NCBI GenBank assembly: GCA_003056085.1
Contig: LSNK01000001.1
Coordinates: forward strand, 8,481-72,480
Direction of reading: 5' to 3'
DNA length: 64,000 nucleotides
From: Parcubacteria group bacterium M6-OD1-1
GTDB taxonomy: Bacteria > Patescibacteriota > Minisyncoccia > GWC2-36-17 > M10-OD1-4
A program made the position numbers and the translations under genes. Positions within the stretch are counted from its first letter, which is position 1, and every line of letters begins with the position of its first letter. The notes beneath the pieces were generated by a model that worked only from the letters and a program-made list of their open reading frames with translations, did not search any database and had not been told where the DNA came from. Positions 28,025 through 40,271 of the stretch are shown here, in pieces.

Positions 28025-29098
28025 TTAGTCCTCTTTCTCCTTTTCTTTTATAACAGCTTTGGTTTCTGAAAGAATTTTATTTGATAAAGTTTTGTTTGAT
28101 TTTATAAATTTTCTTGCGTTATCCATCCCTTGTCCGAGTTTTTCATCATTGTATATTATCCATGCCCCGCTTTTTTTAACCACACCATTATTTATAGCAA
28201 GATTTAAAAGATCACTTTCATAGGAGATGCCCTCGTTATACATAATATCAAATTCAGCAATCTTAAAAGGCGCTGCAACTTTATTTTTAACTATTTTCAC
28301 CTTAATTCTGTTTCCTATAACATCTTCTCCTTTTTTTATTTGAGCTTTTCTTCTTATGTCTATTCTTACTGAAGAATAAAATTTAAGAGCGTTCCCTCCG
28401 GTAGTTGTCTCAGGATTTCCAAATACAACACCTATTTTCATTCTCATTTGATTTATAAAAACAACTATCGTGTTATGCTTGGCAACAATCGCGGTTAATT
28501 TTCTTAATGCATGAGACATAAGACGAGCTTGAAGACCCATATGCTGCTGTCCCATCTCCCCTTCTATTTCAGCCCTTGGAGTTAAGGCGGCAACTGAATC
28601 AACAATAATAAGATCAACAACATCTGACTTCACTAAAGTTTCTACTATATCAAGAGCCTGTTCTCCTGTATCCGGTTGAGATATCAAAAGTTCTTTTGTC
28701 TTTACTCCTATATTTTTAGCATAAACAGGATCTAAAGCATGCTCAGCATCCACAAAAGCCGCCACTCCGCCCTTTTTCTGAGCTTCTGCCACAATATGCA
28801 GGGTAAGAGTAGTTTTCCCTGAAGATTCGGGTCCAAACACCTCTATTATCCTTCCTCTTGGGACACCACCAACTCCCAACGCCATATCCAAAGATATAGA
28901 ACCGGTAGAAATGGCATCTACATCAACTTTTTTTGCATCTCCAAGCTTCATTATCGCTCCCTCACCAAACTTACTTCTGATGCTCTCTATAGCAATGTCT
29001 AATTGTTTTGATTCTTTTGTATCCTCGACTTTCGCTGCTTTTGTTTTATCCTCCTTATCAGAATTATTTTGTTTAGCCGGTTTTTTTTCTTTTTTCAT
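28025..29098 (-). CDS. recA: Recombinase RecA
   Basis: [10 protein letters not shown] Walker A; full RecA core. Confidence 0.95.
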   Translation of the reverse strand: MKKEKKPAKQNNSDKEDKTKAAKVEDTKESKQLDIAIESIRSKFGEGAIMKLGDAKKVDVDAISTGSISLDMALGVGGVPRGRIIEVFGPESSGKTTLTLHIVAEAQKKGGVAAFVDAEHALDPVYAKNIGVKTKELLISQPDTGEQALDIVETLVKSDVVDLIIVDSVAALTPRAEIEGEMGQQHMGLQARLMSHALRKLTAIVAKHNTIVVFINQMRMKIGVVFGNPETTTGGNALKFYSSVRIDIRRKAQIKKGEDVIGNRIKVKIVKNKVAAPFKIAEFDIMYNEGISYESDLLNLAINNGVVKKSGAWIIYNDEKLGQGMDNARKFIKSNKTLSNKILSETKAVIKEKEKED

Positions 29099-29159
29099 AA
29101 TTTTATTATTAACTTACTGCTCAAACAAATTTTATTGTATAAAACATTGTGCAGTAAGC

Positions 29160-29837
29160 TTATTCAAGAATTATTCGTCTTATTATTAAAGATTCTTTAT
29201 TAAGTCTGTTTAAAGCTTTAATTTTAATAGTATTAATACCGTCTTGTAAAGGTATTACTTCAAAAAAAGACCCGTCACTACTTACAAAAACATCATTTTC
29301 ATTTATAGTGATTTTGTTATCAGGCTGAGTATTTCCTGAAATTTTAATCTCTTTTGACTTTGTTATTATATCATTTTTTGGATTAGTTACAACAAGTTTT
29401 GGATCTCCCAATAGATAATTTAATTGAATAATAAAATAAAACAAAATAACCGCTATAAACAAAACAAATGAAACCTTAGCTATTATTTTCGGCGTAATAA
29501 CAAACGCTCTTTTTGAAACCTTTTTAATACTGCTGTCTTTATTGTCTTTTCCTAAAAAGATTTCCTTTTTGTATAAATCCAAGAAAAAATCTTTATTTTC
29601 TGAAAAAGCAACAGCACACTTTGCAAGAAAATCTTCAATATAAATAGAAGCCGGAAGATTTTCCCAATCTCCCATTTCAATCTTTTCAAGATTTCGTATT
29701 GAAATTCCTGTTTTTTGAGACAAACCTCTAAGAGATATTTTCTTTTCTTTTCTTTTTCTTTCAAAAACATTCTCCAAAGGAAGTTCTTCAATCCCCTTTT
29801 CGCCAAAACCTGAATTGTTTTTATTCTTCATTCTCAT
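29160..29837 (-). CDS. rodZ: RodZ-like cytoskeleton protein (HTH + TM + C-terminal domain)
   Basis: ISLRGLSQKTGISIRNLEKIE HTH, then a single TM segment. Confidence 0.65.
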   Translation of the reverse strand: MRMKNKNNSGFGEKGIEELPLENVFERKRKEKKISLRGLSQKTGISIRNLEKIEMGDWENLPASIYIEDFLAKCAVAFSENKDFFLDLYKKEIFLGKDNKDSSIKKVSKRAFVITPKIIAKVSFVLFIAVILFYFIIQLNYLLGDPKLVVTNPKNDIITKSKEIKISGNTQPDNKITINENDVFVSSDGSFFEVIPLQDGINTIKIKALNRLNKESLIIRRIILE

Positions 29838-32112
29838 ATTCTTCTTTTGATATATAAACCTCTCTTCCCTTTGAACCGTCAGCCGGACCCACTACTCCAA
29901 CATCTTCAAGCGCATCTATCAGCCTGGCTGCTCTTGAGTACCCAACTCTTAATCTTCTTTGTAAAAATGATGTGGAGGCTTTCTGATATTCAATAACAGT
30001 ATTTTTTGCTTCTTCAAAAAGCTTATCATCTTTGTCGTCAGACGATGTAAAGCTATCTAAATCTATATCCATATCAATGGTGCTTTTTTTCCTGTTTAAA
30101 GCCTCATTAAGACTCCCTGAGTCCATTTCATCATTATCTTGATTACTCTCTAAGATAGCCTCGTTTTTAAGATAATCTGTAACTTTTTTAACTTCTTTTT
30201 CAGATATAAAAGCATTTTGAATTCTCCTTGGCTTTGAAGCGTCTTGAGGCAGGTAAAGCATATCACCGTTTCCTAAAAGTTTTTCCGCTCCGGACATATC
30301 TAAAATAGTCCTTGAATCAACCAAAGAAGTAACCTGAAGCGCAATTCTGCAAGGGGTATTTGCTTTAATAAGCCCCGTAATAACATCAACGGACGGTCTT
30401 TGAGTTGAAAATATAAGATGCAGCCCGACGGCTCTGGACATTTGAGCAAGTCTTACTATAGCGGCTTCCACTTCTCTTGGAGATTCTGACATTAAGTCTG
30501 CAAGCTCATCTATAACTATAACAACATAAGGCATAATATTTTCATTTTCTTTTCCGGCAATTTTTGAATTATAAGATCCTATATTTCTAACATCATGTTC
30601 AGATAAAAATTGATACCGTCTTTCCATCTCCTTTACCGCCCAGTTTAAAGCCGCAATTGCTTTTTTTCTTTCTGTTATTACAGGAGCCAAAAGATGAGGA
30701 ATGCCGTTATACGCTGAAAGTTCAACTCTTTTTGGATCCACCAGCAAAAGCTTCAGCATCTGAGGGAAATTTTTAAATAGCAAACTATTTAAAATAGAAT
30801 GAACACAAACACTTTTCCCGGACCCTGTTGCCCCAGCGATTAAAAGATGGGGCATCTTTTCTATATCAGCATACTGGGCGTTCCCCGAAACATCTTTTCC
30901 TAAAGAAACAGTCAAAGGAGAGGATTCAATAAACGCCGGTGTATCTAATAATTCTCTCAACTTAACTACGGCAATAACCTTATTTGGTATCTCAATGCCA
31001 ACCAAAGACCTACCGGGGATTGGAGCCTCTATACGAAGCGGGTGAGCAGCTAACGCAAGCGAGAGATCATTTTGAAGAGCGATTATTCTTGCAAGTTTAA
31101 TGCCTTGAGCCGGCTTTAAAGTATATTGAGTTACAGTAGGTCCAACATTGATTTCGCCCATTTCAACATTTATGCCGAAATTTTTTAAAGTTTTTTTAAT
31201 CAAATTAGAATATGACTTAACATCTCCGGACGACGGTTTGTTTTTTTCTTTGTCCAAAAGACTTAACGGCGGAAGTTTATAAGATCTTTGATGCGTTTCC
31301 ACAATAAAATCAGAAACTGTTTTACTTTGGCTTGCCTTTTTTGGAGAATCAGTATCGGAATTTTTTATATCTAATTCTTCTTGTTTTGGCTCGGAAGATC
31401 TCTTGGTAAGCTTTTCAAAACTATTTTTAGAATTAGAAATTGCCTTTGAAATAAAACCTGTTTCCTCTTCCTCGTCTTCTTCGTCTTCTTCCTCCAAATC
31501 CTCTTCCTCATACTCCTCATCTTCTTCCAATTCTTCATCTTCTTCTGCTTCTTCTCTTCTTTCTTTTAAAGCAAGTTTTATGGGGACATTAAAAACTAAA
31601 GCAAAAGAAATTAAAATAGATGCTACAAATGTAATAACAGAAACCCAAAATCCAAAAAAATTAAAAAATGGATATGCCACTATAAAACCAACCCATCCCG
31701 CGGCAAAATCCTCGGAAGAAGATAGAGATCTGGACAAAACATCAATAAGCCCTAAAAAACTAAAGAAAAACAAAACACCTCCCAATATCATTGAAAGATA
31801 AAAATTGGTTTTTAGAGATTTAAACAACGCCGCAGCTACCATCAAAAATGTAATGGGAACGATAAAAAAACCAATACCCAAAAAGGATATCAAGGCTTCC
31901 TTGATATATGTACCCGCAATTCCGGCGGCGCCAAAATAAGCAAATAAAGAAACCAACGCGAGTGTAATAAAAATAACACCCAAAACAGATTTTTTAGTCT
32001 CAGGATTGAGCTTTCTTACATCTTCCTCCAGTTCAAAATCAATTTCCTGTTGTTCTATTTTTTGTTGTTTTTTATTCTTTTTATTCTTTTTTTTGTTCTT
32101 TTTTCTTGCCAT
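29821..32112 (-). CDS. ftsK: DNA translocase FtsK/SpoIIIE
   Basis: N-terminal TM domain; long acidic E/D-rich linker; AAA+ motor (GATGSGKS); C-terminal gamma domain. Confidence 0.9.
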   Translation of the reverse strand: MARKKNKKKNKKNKKQQKIEQQEIDFELEEDVRKLNPETKKSVLGVIFITLALVSLFAYFGAAGIAGTYIKEALISFLGIGFFIVPITFLMVAAALFKSLKTNFYLSMILGGVLFFFSFLGLIDVLSRSLSSSEDFAAGWVGFIVAYPFFNFFGFWVSVITFVASILISFALVFNVPIKLALKERREEAEEDEELEEDEEYEEEDLEEEDEEDEEEETGFISKAISNSKNSFEKLTKRSSEPKQEELDIKNSDTDSPKKASQSKTVSDFIVETHQRSYKLPPLSLLDKEKNKPSSGDVKSYSNLIKKTLKNFGINVEMGEINVGPTVTQYTLKPAQGIKLARIIALQNDLSLALAAHPLRIEAPIPGRSLVGIEIPNKVIAVVKLRELLDTPAFIESSPLTVSLGKDVSGNAQYADIEKMPHLLIAGATGSGKSVCVHSILNSLLFKNFPQMLKLLLVDPKRVELSAYNGIPHLLAPVITERKKAIAALNWAVKEMERRYQFLSEHDVRNIGSYNSKIAGKENENIMPYVVIVIDELADLMSESPREVEAAIVRLAQMSRAVGLHLIFSTQRPSVDVITGLIKANTPCRIALQVTSLVDSRTILDMSGAEKLLGNGDMLYLPQDASKPRRIQNAFISEKEVKKVTDYLKNEAILESNQDNDEMDSGSLNEALNRKKSTIDMDIDLDSFTSSDDKDDKLFEEAKNTVIEYQKASTSFLQRRLRVGYSRAARLIDALEDVGVVGPADGSKGREVYISKEEYENEE

Positions 32113-32258
32113 AACTTAAATAATTACTCATATAATAACATTTTAAAGCAAACAAATCAAAACAACAACATTGTAATTTTAAACACAATAAAAGCAAAAA
32201 ACTCAGAAATAATTCCGAGTTTTTTACTTTAACTTAAATTAAATAAATTAAAAAATCT

Positions 32259-35200
32259 TTATTTATCCTCAAGAACTTTATTAATATCAAACCCGGTTCC
32301 TGCAGGAATTAATTTACCTAAGATAACATTTTCTTTTAGCCCGCGAAGCGTATCCTCTTTGCCTGCGATTGACGCGTTAATAAGAACCTTCGATGTTTCT
32401 TGAAATGACGCTGCCGATAAAAATGATTCTGTTGAAAGAGAAACCCTTGTAACTCCCAAAAATAATTGAGCACCGGTTGCCTGAGCTACACCCTTCTTTT
32501 TTGCTTTCTTGTTTTCCCTTTTGAAAATTCCTTTTTCAACTATATCTCCCGTTATTAATCCAGTCTCTCCTGAATCTTTAACTCTGATTCTTGAAAACAT
32601 CTGTCTTACAATAACTTCAATATGTTTATCGGAAATATAAGCTCCCTCTGCCGTGTATATTTTTTGAATCTCAGAAATAATATATCTTTCAGACTGTCTT
32701 ACACCGGCAACCTTAAACAATTCACCAATCTCCAAGTGACCTTCACAAAGCTGAGTTCCTTCCAAAACCCTATCTCCTTTGGAAACCCAAAGCGCTGAAA
32801 GCAATGGAATTTTATATTCTGCGTATTGTTTTTCTTCTTTCTTGTCATTTTTCTTTTCCACCTTCATATCCGCCTCAAAAAACTCACTATCTATCTCAAC
32901 TTTAATTATGTGATTCTTATCGTCTTTTTGTATATCAATAATCTTTCCCGAAACATCAGAAATAACAGCTTTTCCTTTTGGAGGTCTTGCCTCAAAAATT
33001 TCCTCAATACGAGGAAGACCCTGAGTAATATCTCCACCTCCTGCAACTCCACCAACATGGAAAGTCCTCATAGTAAGTTGAGTTCCCGGCTCACCGATAG
33101 CTTGCGCAGCAACTATACCAACGGGTGACCCAAGATTAACAAGTTTATTATTTCCAAGGTCATAACCATAACACATTTGACAAACACCCTTGTCTGATTT
33201 GCAAAGCATTACTGACCTTACTTTAATATGATCAATCCCTTCTTTATTAATTTTTTCCGCCGCATCTTTTGTTACGAATTTTCCTTTTTTAACTATAACT
33301 TTCCCGTCTTTTCCTTTTATAGACTCAACTGCCATTCTTCCAAATACTCTTGATGCAAAATTCTGACCTAAGGCATCTGAGTCTTTTCTTAACATAACAA
33401 TGCCCCTGTCATCACCGCAATCCTCTTCTCTCACAACAACATCCTGCGCCACATCCACCAATCTTCTTGTTAAATATCCCGCGGATGCGGTTCTTAAAGC
33501 GGTGTCGGCTGTACCTTTTCTGGCTCCATGAGTGGAAATAAAGTACTCCAACACTTCAAGTCCTTCTTTGTATGATTTTTTAATAGGAAGTTCTATAATG
33601 TCTCCCGCAGGATTCACAACGGGACCTTTCATTCCGGACATCTGAACCAACTGACCAACCGAACCTCTCGCCTTTGAACTTAAAATTGTATCTATTGGAC
33701 CGTATTTTTTTAGATAATTCGGGACAAGCTCTCCTATCTCTTGTTTTGTTCTTGTCCAAACTTCAACAACTCTTCCGTATCTTTCATTGTTTGTTAAAAA
33801 CCCATCTTGATATTGCTCTTGAATTTTTTCTACTTCCTTTTCAGCAGCTTCTAATATTTCGGGTTTTTTTGGAGGAACAACAAGATCGCTCATCCCCCAG
33901 GAAATTCCTGATTTTGTAGCGTATATAAATCCAAGTTTTTTCATAGTATCAAGAACTTTAGCGGCGTCGTCTCCGTATCTTTCTATAATCTCGCCTGTTA
34001 ATTTTCTAAGCTCTGATTCATCAAGCTCTTTATTTACAAAACCAAAATCATTTGGAAGAGCTCTTGAGAAAATAATTCTTCCAACTGATGTCTCTAAATA
34101 TTTTTTATCTCCGAGCGCTTCTTTTTCTTTTGGTTTTGGCCTGATTTTTACTCTCGCATTAATATCTACAAGATTAAAATCATAAGCAAGAACAGCCTCA
34201 TTTTTTGAAGTAAATATTTTTCCTTCACCTTTTGCTCCGTCTTTAATAGCGGTCAAAAAGTAAGATCCCAACACAATATCCTGAGTTGGATTTGTAATGG
34301 GCTCACCTGATGCCGGCTTTAGAAGGTTTTTTGATGCAAGCATGAGTTCTTTTGCCTCTATTTGAGCGGTTTTTGTTAAAGGCAAGTGAACCGCCATTTG
34401 GTCTCCGTCAAAGTCTGCATTAAAAGCCGCACAAACCAAAGGATGAAGCCTAATGGCCATACCTTCTATAAGTAAAGGTTTAAACGCCTGAATACCAAGC
34501 CTATGAAGAGTCGGCGCTCTGTTTAAAAGCACATATTTATCTTTAATAATTTCTTCCAAGATAGCCCAGACTTCGTCGGGTGTATCTTCAATAAGCTTTC
34601 CCGCCCCTCTTATATTGTAAGCTAATTCTCTTTCTATTATTTTATGAATGACAAATGGCTTGAAAAGCTCCAGCGCCATTTTCTTAGGAAGCCCGCATTC
34701 TCCAAGTTTAAGTTCAGGTCCAACAACAATAACTGAACGACCGGAATAATCCACACGCTTACCAAGTAAATTTTGTCTAAACCTACCGGACTTACCCTTA
34801 AGCATATCAGCAAGCGATTTAAGTTGTCTTTTCTGACCTGTGGACGCCATAACAGCATTTCCTTTTCTTGCAGAGTTATCTATCAATGCATCAACAGATT
34901 CCTGGAGCATCCTCTTTTCATTTCTCACAATAATCTCAGGAGCATTTAACTTAATAAGTTTTTTTAGTCTGTTGTTTCTGTTAATAACTCTTCTGTAAAG
35001 ATCGTTTAAATCGGAAGATGCATATCTCCCTCCATCAAGCTGCACCATAGGCCTTAAACCTGAAGGCATAATGGGAAGCACAGTCAAAAACATTGAACTT
35101 GGATTTACGCCTGATTTCAAAAATGCTTGTACAACCCTTATTTTTTTTATAATCTGATTTTTCTGAATAGTCTTTGCTGTTTTTTCAGCTTCACTTAAGT

Positions 35201-35897
35201 CTTTTGCAAGCTTTTTTAAATCAACATTCTCTATTAATTTCTTTAACGCCACAGCGCCTATATCAGCTTTAAATATCTCCCCGTACTTTAAGCTTAAATT
35301 ATGATATTCAGTTTCTGCAATAACTTTCTTAAAAACCAATCCTTTAAGCTCATCTTTTGTTGTTGAAAATAATTCTTTCAATACATCTTTTTTCTCAGAA
35401 TCACTTTCTTGTTTTAGTTTTTGTTTGTATTCACGCTCAAGTTCTTCTAAAACCGCTTTCTTAGCACTTTCGTCTAATTCTGTAATAATGTATGAATTAA
35501 AATAAGCAACCCTCTCCAATTTATTTAAAGGCACATCAAGTAATATTCCAATCTTTGACGGAACACCTTTTAAAAACCAAATATGAGTAACAGGGGCCGC
35601 AAGCTCAATATGACCCATCCTTTCTCTTCTTACTATAGATCTTGTAACCTCAACACCGCATTTATCACAGATAATACCTTTATATCTTATTCTTTTATAC
35701 TTACCGCAATAACATTCCCAGTCTTTTTCCGGACCAAAAATCTTCTCACAAAAAAGACCGTCTTTTTCCGCTCTCTGAGTTCTATAATTTATGGTTTCTG
35801 ATTTTGTAACTTCACCATAAGACCAATCCAATATCTCCTCAGGAGACGCTAATTTTAATTTTATTGATTTGAAATCTGATACTTTTTTTAGACTCAT
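32259..35897 (-). CDS. rpoC: DNA-directed RNA polymerase subunit beta'
   Basis: NADFDGDQM catalytic motif; zinc-binding Cys residues; 1212 aa. Confidence 0.97.
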   Translation of the reverse strand: MSLKKVSDFKSIKLKLASPEEILDWSYGEVTKSETINYRTQRAEKDGLFCEKIFGPEKDWECYCGKYKRIRYKGIICDKCGVEVTRSIVRRERMGHIELAAPVTHIWFLKGVPSKIGILLDVPLNKLERVAYFNSYIITELDESAKKAVLEELEREYKQKLKQESDSEKKDVLKELFSTTKDELKGLVFKKVIAETEYHNLSLKYGEIFKADIGAVALKKLIENVDLKKLAKDLSEAEKTAKTIQKNQIIKKIRVVQAFLKSGVNPSSMFLTVLPIMPSGLRPMVQLDGGRYASSDLNDLYRRVINRNNRLKKLIKLNAPEIIVRNEKRMLQESVDALIDNSARKGNAVMASTGQKRQLKSLADMLKGKSGRFRQNLLGKRVDYSGRSVIVVGPELKLGECGLPKKMALELFKPFVIHKIIERELAYNIRGAGKLIEDTPDEVWAILEEIIKDKYVLLNRAPTLHRLGIQAFKPLLIEGMAIRLHPLVCAAFNADFDGDQMAVHLPLTKTAQIEAKELMLASKNLLKPASGEPITNPTQDIVLGSYFLTAIKDGAKGEGKIFTSKNEAVLAYDFNLVDINARVKIRPKPKEKEALGDKKYLETSVGRIIFSRALPNDFGFVNKELDESELRKLTGEIIERYGDDAAKVLDTMKKLGFIYATKSGISWGMSDLVVPPKKPEILEAAEKEVEKIQEQYQDGFLTNNERYGRVVEVWTRTKQEIGELVPNYLKKYGPIDTILSSKARGSVGQLVQMSGMKGPVVNPAGDIIELPIKKSYKEGLEVLEYFISTHGARKGTADTALRTASAGYLTRRLVDVAQDVVVREEDCGDDRGIVMLRKDSDALGQNFASRVFGRMAVESIKGKDGKVIVKKGKFVTKDAAEKINKEGIDHIKVRSVMLCKSDKGVCQMCYGYDLGNNKLVNLGSPVGIVAAQAIGEPGTQLTMRTFHVGGVAGGGDITQGLPRIEEIFEARPPKGKAVISDVSGKIIDIQKDDKNHIIKVEIDSEFFEADMKVEKKNDKKEEKQYAEYKIPLLSALWVSKGDRVLEGTQLCEGHLEIGELFKVAGVRQSERYIISEIQKIYTAEGAYISDKHIEVIVRQMFSRIRVKDSGETGLITGDIVEKGIFKRENKKAKKKGVAQATGAQLFLGVTRVSLSTESFLSAASFQETSKVLINASIAGKEDTLRGLKENVILGKLIPAGTGFDINKVLEDK

Positions 35898-35937
35898 ATT
35901 ATTAGCTTGTTAGCTTTTTAGCTTGTTAGCTTTTTAG
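35898..35937. repeat. 41-nt leader element TTATTAGCTTGTTAGCTTTTTAGCTTGTTAGCTTTTTAGA (2.5 x AGCTTGTTAGCTTTTT), abutting the rpoC start codon
   Basis: An identical copy abuts the start of the glutaredoxin-like gene at 53491-53530. Confidence 0.6.
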
Positions 35938-35986
35938 ATGCCTAATAAGCTAATTACCAATAAACTAATTCCCGTTTTAATTATTT

Positions 35987-38900
35987 TTATTTTTTATTTG
36001 CTAAAATCTTTTTTGAATCAGATTCTCCCTTTTCTTCATCTAAAATCTCTTCTTCCGTCCCCGTTAATTCAATAGAAAATCCCAACGACTTAAGCTCGTT
36101 AAGCAATACATTAAATGAAGCCGGTATGTTCGGACTACTTATTTCTTCGCCTCTTATAATAGAATCATAAGCTGCTGTTCTTCCTACAACATCATCTGAC
36201 TTAATCGTCAACATTTCTTGAAGCATATGAGCAGCTCCGTAACCCTCCAAAGCCCAGACTTCCATCTCTCCGAATCTTTGTCCGCCAAACTGCGCTTTTC
36301 CTCCAAGAGGCTGTTGGGTGATTAACGAATAAGGACCGATTGACCTCATGTGCATTTTGTCTTCCACTAAATGATTAAGCTTAAGAACATACATCACGCC
36401 AACTGTAACTTTCTGATCAAATTTTTCTCCTGTTCTTCCATCATAGAGGTCAACCTTCCCGCTTTCAGAAAAGCCAAGATTTTTAAATTCTTTTTTAATA
36501 TCTTCTTCAGACGCTCCCGCAAGAGAAGGAGTTATCGCTTGAAACTCACCATGTAAAGCGGCCCAACCAAGATGTGTTTCTAAGATTTGACCTATATTCA
36601 TACGAGAAGCAACCCCCAAAGGATTTAAAACAACGTCAACAGGAGTTCCATCTTTTAAGTGAGGCATATCTTCAACCGGTAATATTTTGGAAATAATACC
36701 CTTATTACCATGTCTTCCGGCAAGCTTATCACCAACAGATATTTTTCTCAGTTCTGCTATTTCAATTTCAATGGATTTAATAACTCCTGACTGAAGTTTG
36801 TCTCCTTTGTCTCTTGAAAAAACTTTCACACCAACAATCCTTCCTCTCTTTCCGTGCGGCACTCTTAAAGAAGTATCTTTTATATCTCTTGCATATTCAC
36901 CAAAAATCGCTCTTAAAAGCCTTTCTTCCGGAGTTAAATCAGCTTCTCCTTTTGGAGATATTTTTCCAACTAAAATATCATTTGAATGCACTTCCGCTCC
37001 AACCCTGATGATTCCATCTTCATCTAAATCTTTTAATTTATCTTCTCCGACATTTGGGATATCACAAGTGGTTACTTCAGGTCCTAATTTTGTATCACGA
37101 ACATTTATAGAAAAATTTTCAATATGCACAGATGTAAACCTGTCATCTTCAACAAGTTTTTCTGATAAAACTATAGCATCTTCAAAATTGTTTCCAAAAA
37201 ATGATAAAAAGGCTACTTTCAGATTTTGCCCTAAAGCCATTTGACCATCTTCGGTTGACGCTCCATCTGCAAGAACATCTCCCTTTTTAACTTTATCGCC
37301 TTTTTTAACAATCGGTTTTTGAGTTATACTTGAATATTGATTTGACCTTACAAATGCATGCAAGTCATAAGTTTTATTTTTTCCTTTTGGAGTTTTAACC
37401 ACAATATGTGAAGCATCAATATCAACAATTTCCCCCTCTTCTTTGGCAATAATAACTTGACCGGAATCTTTTGCAGCTTTACCTTCCGCTCCAGTAGCAA
37501 CCAAAGGAGCTTCCGGTTTAATGCAAGAAACCGCCTGCCTCTGCATATTTGAACCCATAAGAGCTCTATTTGCGTCGTCGTGCTCCAAGAACGGAATAAA
37601 ACTTGTAGCAACGGAGATAGCCTGCTGAGGTGCAATGTCCATAAAATCCAAATCTTTTACATCACAAGAACCCGCCTGTCCTTTTAGCCTTGCGTTAACT
37701 TTTTTAGGTTTTATTTTTCCACCTTCATCATATGGTGTTCCGGCATCTGCAATATTATAATTTAACTCCTCAGAAGCCAAAAGATAAACCACTTCATTAG
37801 TAACTTTTTTATCAATAACTTTTCTATATGGAGTCTCTATAAACCCAAATTCATTTACTTTTGCGTATGTTGCCATATGCCCAACAAGTCCAATATTGGG
37901 ACCTTCAGGCGTCTGAATAGGACAAATTCTTCCATAATGAGAAGGATGCACGTCACGAACTTCAAACCCGGCTCTTTCTCTTGTGAGTCCTCCGGGACCT
38001 AAAGCTGAGATTCTTCTTTTGTGCTCAAGTTCAGATAGTGGATTTACCTGATCCATAAACTGTGACAACTGATAAGATGTAAAAAATTCTTTAACTGAAG
38101 CCATTAAAGGTCTTGCGTTTATAAGCTGCGCCGGAGCAAGTGTGTGCAAGTCCAACGTACTCATTCTGTCTTTTGCAATTCTCTCCATTCTTGCAAGCCC
38201 TGCCCTTAACTTTCCTTGAAGCAATTCTCCGACTGACCTTACTCTCCTGTTTCCTAAGTGGTCAATGTCATCGGACTCTGAATTCGGATCATTATTTAAT
38301 CTTATTATTTCCGAAACTACATCTGTTATATCTTCCTTGCTTAAAAGCCTATCTTCTTTTGTAGCTTTTATTTTCCGAGCCTCTTTTGATGTAAGACCTT
38401 TAAGTCTTATATTAAATTTGTATCTTCCAACTCTTGAAAGATCAAATCTTGAAAATGAGAAAAACATTGAATCAATGAGTTGTTTTGCATTCTCAATCGT
38501 TGCCAAGTCTCCCGGTCTTATTCTTTTATATATTTCAATATATGACTCTCCTTGAGTTTTTACAGTATCCTTTGCCAATGTTGCGCTTATGTAAGAAATA
38601 TTTGGGTTTGTATCAATTTTCTTAAACGCCTTTTTAATCTCCTCATCACTCTCATAACCAAAAACTCTTAAAAGATTAGAAACAGGAATTTTTCTCTTTC
38701 TGTCTATTCTCACATGAATAGCTCCATCCATGTCTGTTTCAAACTCCATCCATGTTCCTCTGTTTGGAATAATTTTTGCACCAAAAAGTTTTTTTCCTTT
38801 TTGATAGTTGGCTGTAAATATAACACCTGATGATCTTATAATTTGAGAAACTATAACTCTCTCAACTCCATTTACTATAAATGTTCCTCTGTCTGTCATA

Positions 38901-39232
38901 ATAGGAAAATCCCCCAAGAAAATCTCTTGGTCCTTAACTTCACCTGTTTCGTTATTTTCCAATCTTAGTTTAACTCTTAAAGGAGCCTCGAAAGAAGAGC
39001 TATGGTCTTTTGCCCATTTTTCATCATGTTTTGGTTCGTCAAAATAATAATCCAAAAAGCTTAAAGAAAGTTCTTTGCCGGAATAATCTTTTATCGGAGA
39101 AATTTCATCAAAAAGTTCGGCTAAACCATTTTTTATGAACCACTTGTACGAATCCAATTGGATTTCTATCAAGTTTGGAGGTGTTAAAATACTTTTTGGA
39201 ACTGAAGAAAATACTTTGGTTTTTTTAAACAT
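35987..39232 (-). CDS. rpoB: DNA-directed RNA polymerase subunit beta
   Basis: Full-length 1081-aa rpoB signature regions. Confidence 0.97.
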   Translation of the reverse strand: MFKKTKVFSSVPKSILTPPNLIEIQLDSYKWFIKNGLAELFDEISPIKDYSGKELSLSFLDYYFDEPKHDEKWAKDHSSSFEAPLRVKLRLENNETGEVKDQEIFLGDFPIMTDRGTFIVNGVERVIVSQIIRSSGVIFTANYQKGKKLFGAKIIPNRGTWMEFETDMDGAIHVRIDRKRKIPVSNLLRVFGYESDEEIKKAFKKIDTNPNISYISATLAKDTVKTQGESYIEIYKRIRPGDLATIENAKQLIDSMFFSFSRFDLSRVGRYKFNIRLKGLTSKEARKIKATKEDRLLSKEDITDVVSEIIRLNNDPNSESDDIDHLGNRRVRSVGELLQGKLRAGLARMERIAKDRMSTLDLHTLAPAQLINARPLMASVKEFFTSYQLSQFMDQVNPLSELEHKRRISALGPGGLTRERAGFEVRDVHPSHYGRICPIQTPEGPNIGLVGHMATYAKVNEFGFIETPYRKVIDKKVTNEVVYLLASEELNYNIADAGTPYDEGGKIKPKKVNARLKGQAGSCDVKDLDFMDIAPQQAISVATSFIPFLEHDDANRALMGSNMQRQAVSCIKPEAPLVATGAEGKAAKDSGQVIIAKEEGEIVDIDASHIVVKTPKGKNKTYDLHAFVRSNQYSSITQKPIVKKGDKVKKGDVLADGASTEDGQMALGQNLKVAFLSFFGNNFEDAIVLSEKLVEDDRFTSVHIENFSINVRDTKLGPEVTTCDIPNVGEDKLKDLDEDGIIRVGAEVHSNDILVGKISPKGEADLTPEERLLRAIFGEYARDIKDTSLRVPHGKRGRIVGVKVFSRDKGDKLQSGVIKSIEIEIAELRKISVGDKLAGRHGNKGIISKILPVEDMPHLKDGTPVDVVLNPLGVASRMNIGQILETHLGWAALHGEFQAITPSLAGASEEDIKKEFKNLGFSESGKVDLYDGRTGEKFDQKVTVGVMYVLKLNHLVEDKMHMRSIGPYSLITQQPLGGKAQFGGQRFGEMEVWALEGYGAAHMLQEMLTIKSDDVVGRTAAYDSIIRGEEISSPNIPASFNVLLNELKSLGFSIELTGTEEEILDEEKGESDSKKILANKK

Positions 39233-39438
39233 AGAAAATAAGCAAACCCCTCTCGCCTCCTTAGGTGCAAAAAGGGGTTGAAGGGACTGTTATTAAAAAT
39301 AAATATTTAATACAAGTCCCCGTATTTAATTATTAGAAAAAAATCGCAATCAATATTGAAAAATAAGCAATAAACTTCATTACTTGAACAATAAATTCAA
39401 GTAATCTAGTTTAGTGCTTATATTAACAGTGAGCAATG

Positions 39439-39759
39439 CTATTTACTTAGTTTAATAGCCTCTACTGATGCTTTGACTATTCTGCACGAAACAGAATCTT
39501 CTTGTTCTTGACAATCCACAAAAATAGATAATATGTCTGATGTATCCATTTTATTCATTTTTAGAAATTTGTCAAGAGTTGACAAAAAGTCATCTCCCCT
39601 ATCCACCTCAAAACTGTGGATAACTCCCTCCGAGGGCAGATTGCGATTTACCCCCAAACTCAAGTCAGAAATTTGAGCAAATCGAAAACTTTTTTTAGTT
39701 TTTATGGTTATTTTAATCATAAGAAAAATATTACCACGATAAAAAGACGAGAGCAACAT
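39439..39759 (-). CDS. Hypothetical protein (106 aa)
   Basis: ORF only; the start is ambiguous (M at 39759 or MIKITIK). Confidence 0.4.
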   Translation of the reverse strand: MLLSSFYRGNIFLMIKITIKTKKSFRFAQISDLSLGVNRNLPSEGVIHSFEVDRGDDFLSTLDKFLKMNKMDTSDILSIFVDCQEQEDSVSCRIVKASVEAIKLSK

Positions 39760-39975
39760 TGTTCTGAATTTTTAATATTTTAAAAAACTTTCTGCGGCCT
39801 CTCTGACGACCATCTGATAAATCGCAAAAGGAAATGATAAATGAAATTTTGATTTTTATAGTTATTTTAAAATTTACCCAATCAATGATTGACATTATCA
39901 ATATAATGATTTATAGTATTTGTCATTGATAGTCAATCCTGAGACTTTGATCAGGAATTACAAGGAGACATAATA

Positions 39976-40269
39976 ATGTCTAAATTGTACAAGAAGGTTA
40001 CCTTGTTTGTTTCTCGCACTTATTATCATGGAGGAGATGGACTTGAAGTAGGGAGCTTAATATTTTTTAAATCAATGGAAGAATACGAGGCTCTTTCCAA
40101 AAAAAACAACTGGGAACGCGGCAGCTCTTTCAAACATAATTGGTGCGTAAAGCCAATTCAAATTATTGCTTTGGTTAACCCAAAAGATTATCGTACTTTT
40201 CTGGAAGGATGTAGACTCTCCCAAGAGAAAGTATTTTTTCCGGCAAATATACTCGGTATTTTACCGTAA
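39976..40269 (+). CDS. Hypothetical protein (97 aa)
   Basis: AAGGAG RBS; terminator downstream; paired operator-like palindromes upstream. Confidence 0.55.
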   Translation: MSKLYKKVTLFVSRTYYHGGDGLEVGSLIFFKSMEEYEALSKKNNWERGSSFKHNWCVKPIQIIALVNPKDYRTFLEGCRLSQEKVFFPANILGILP

Positions 40270-40271
40270 TT

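Noticed and set aside
32826-38555. Antisense ORFs within rpoC and rpoB (for example 36798-37244, 38265-38555).
   Set aside because: They lie fully within highly conserved essential genes on the opposite strand and have low-complexity composition, so they are artefacts.
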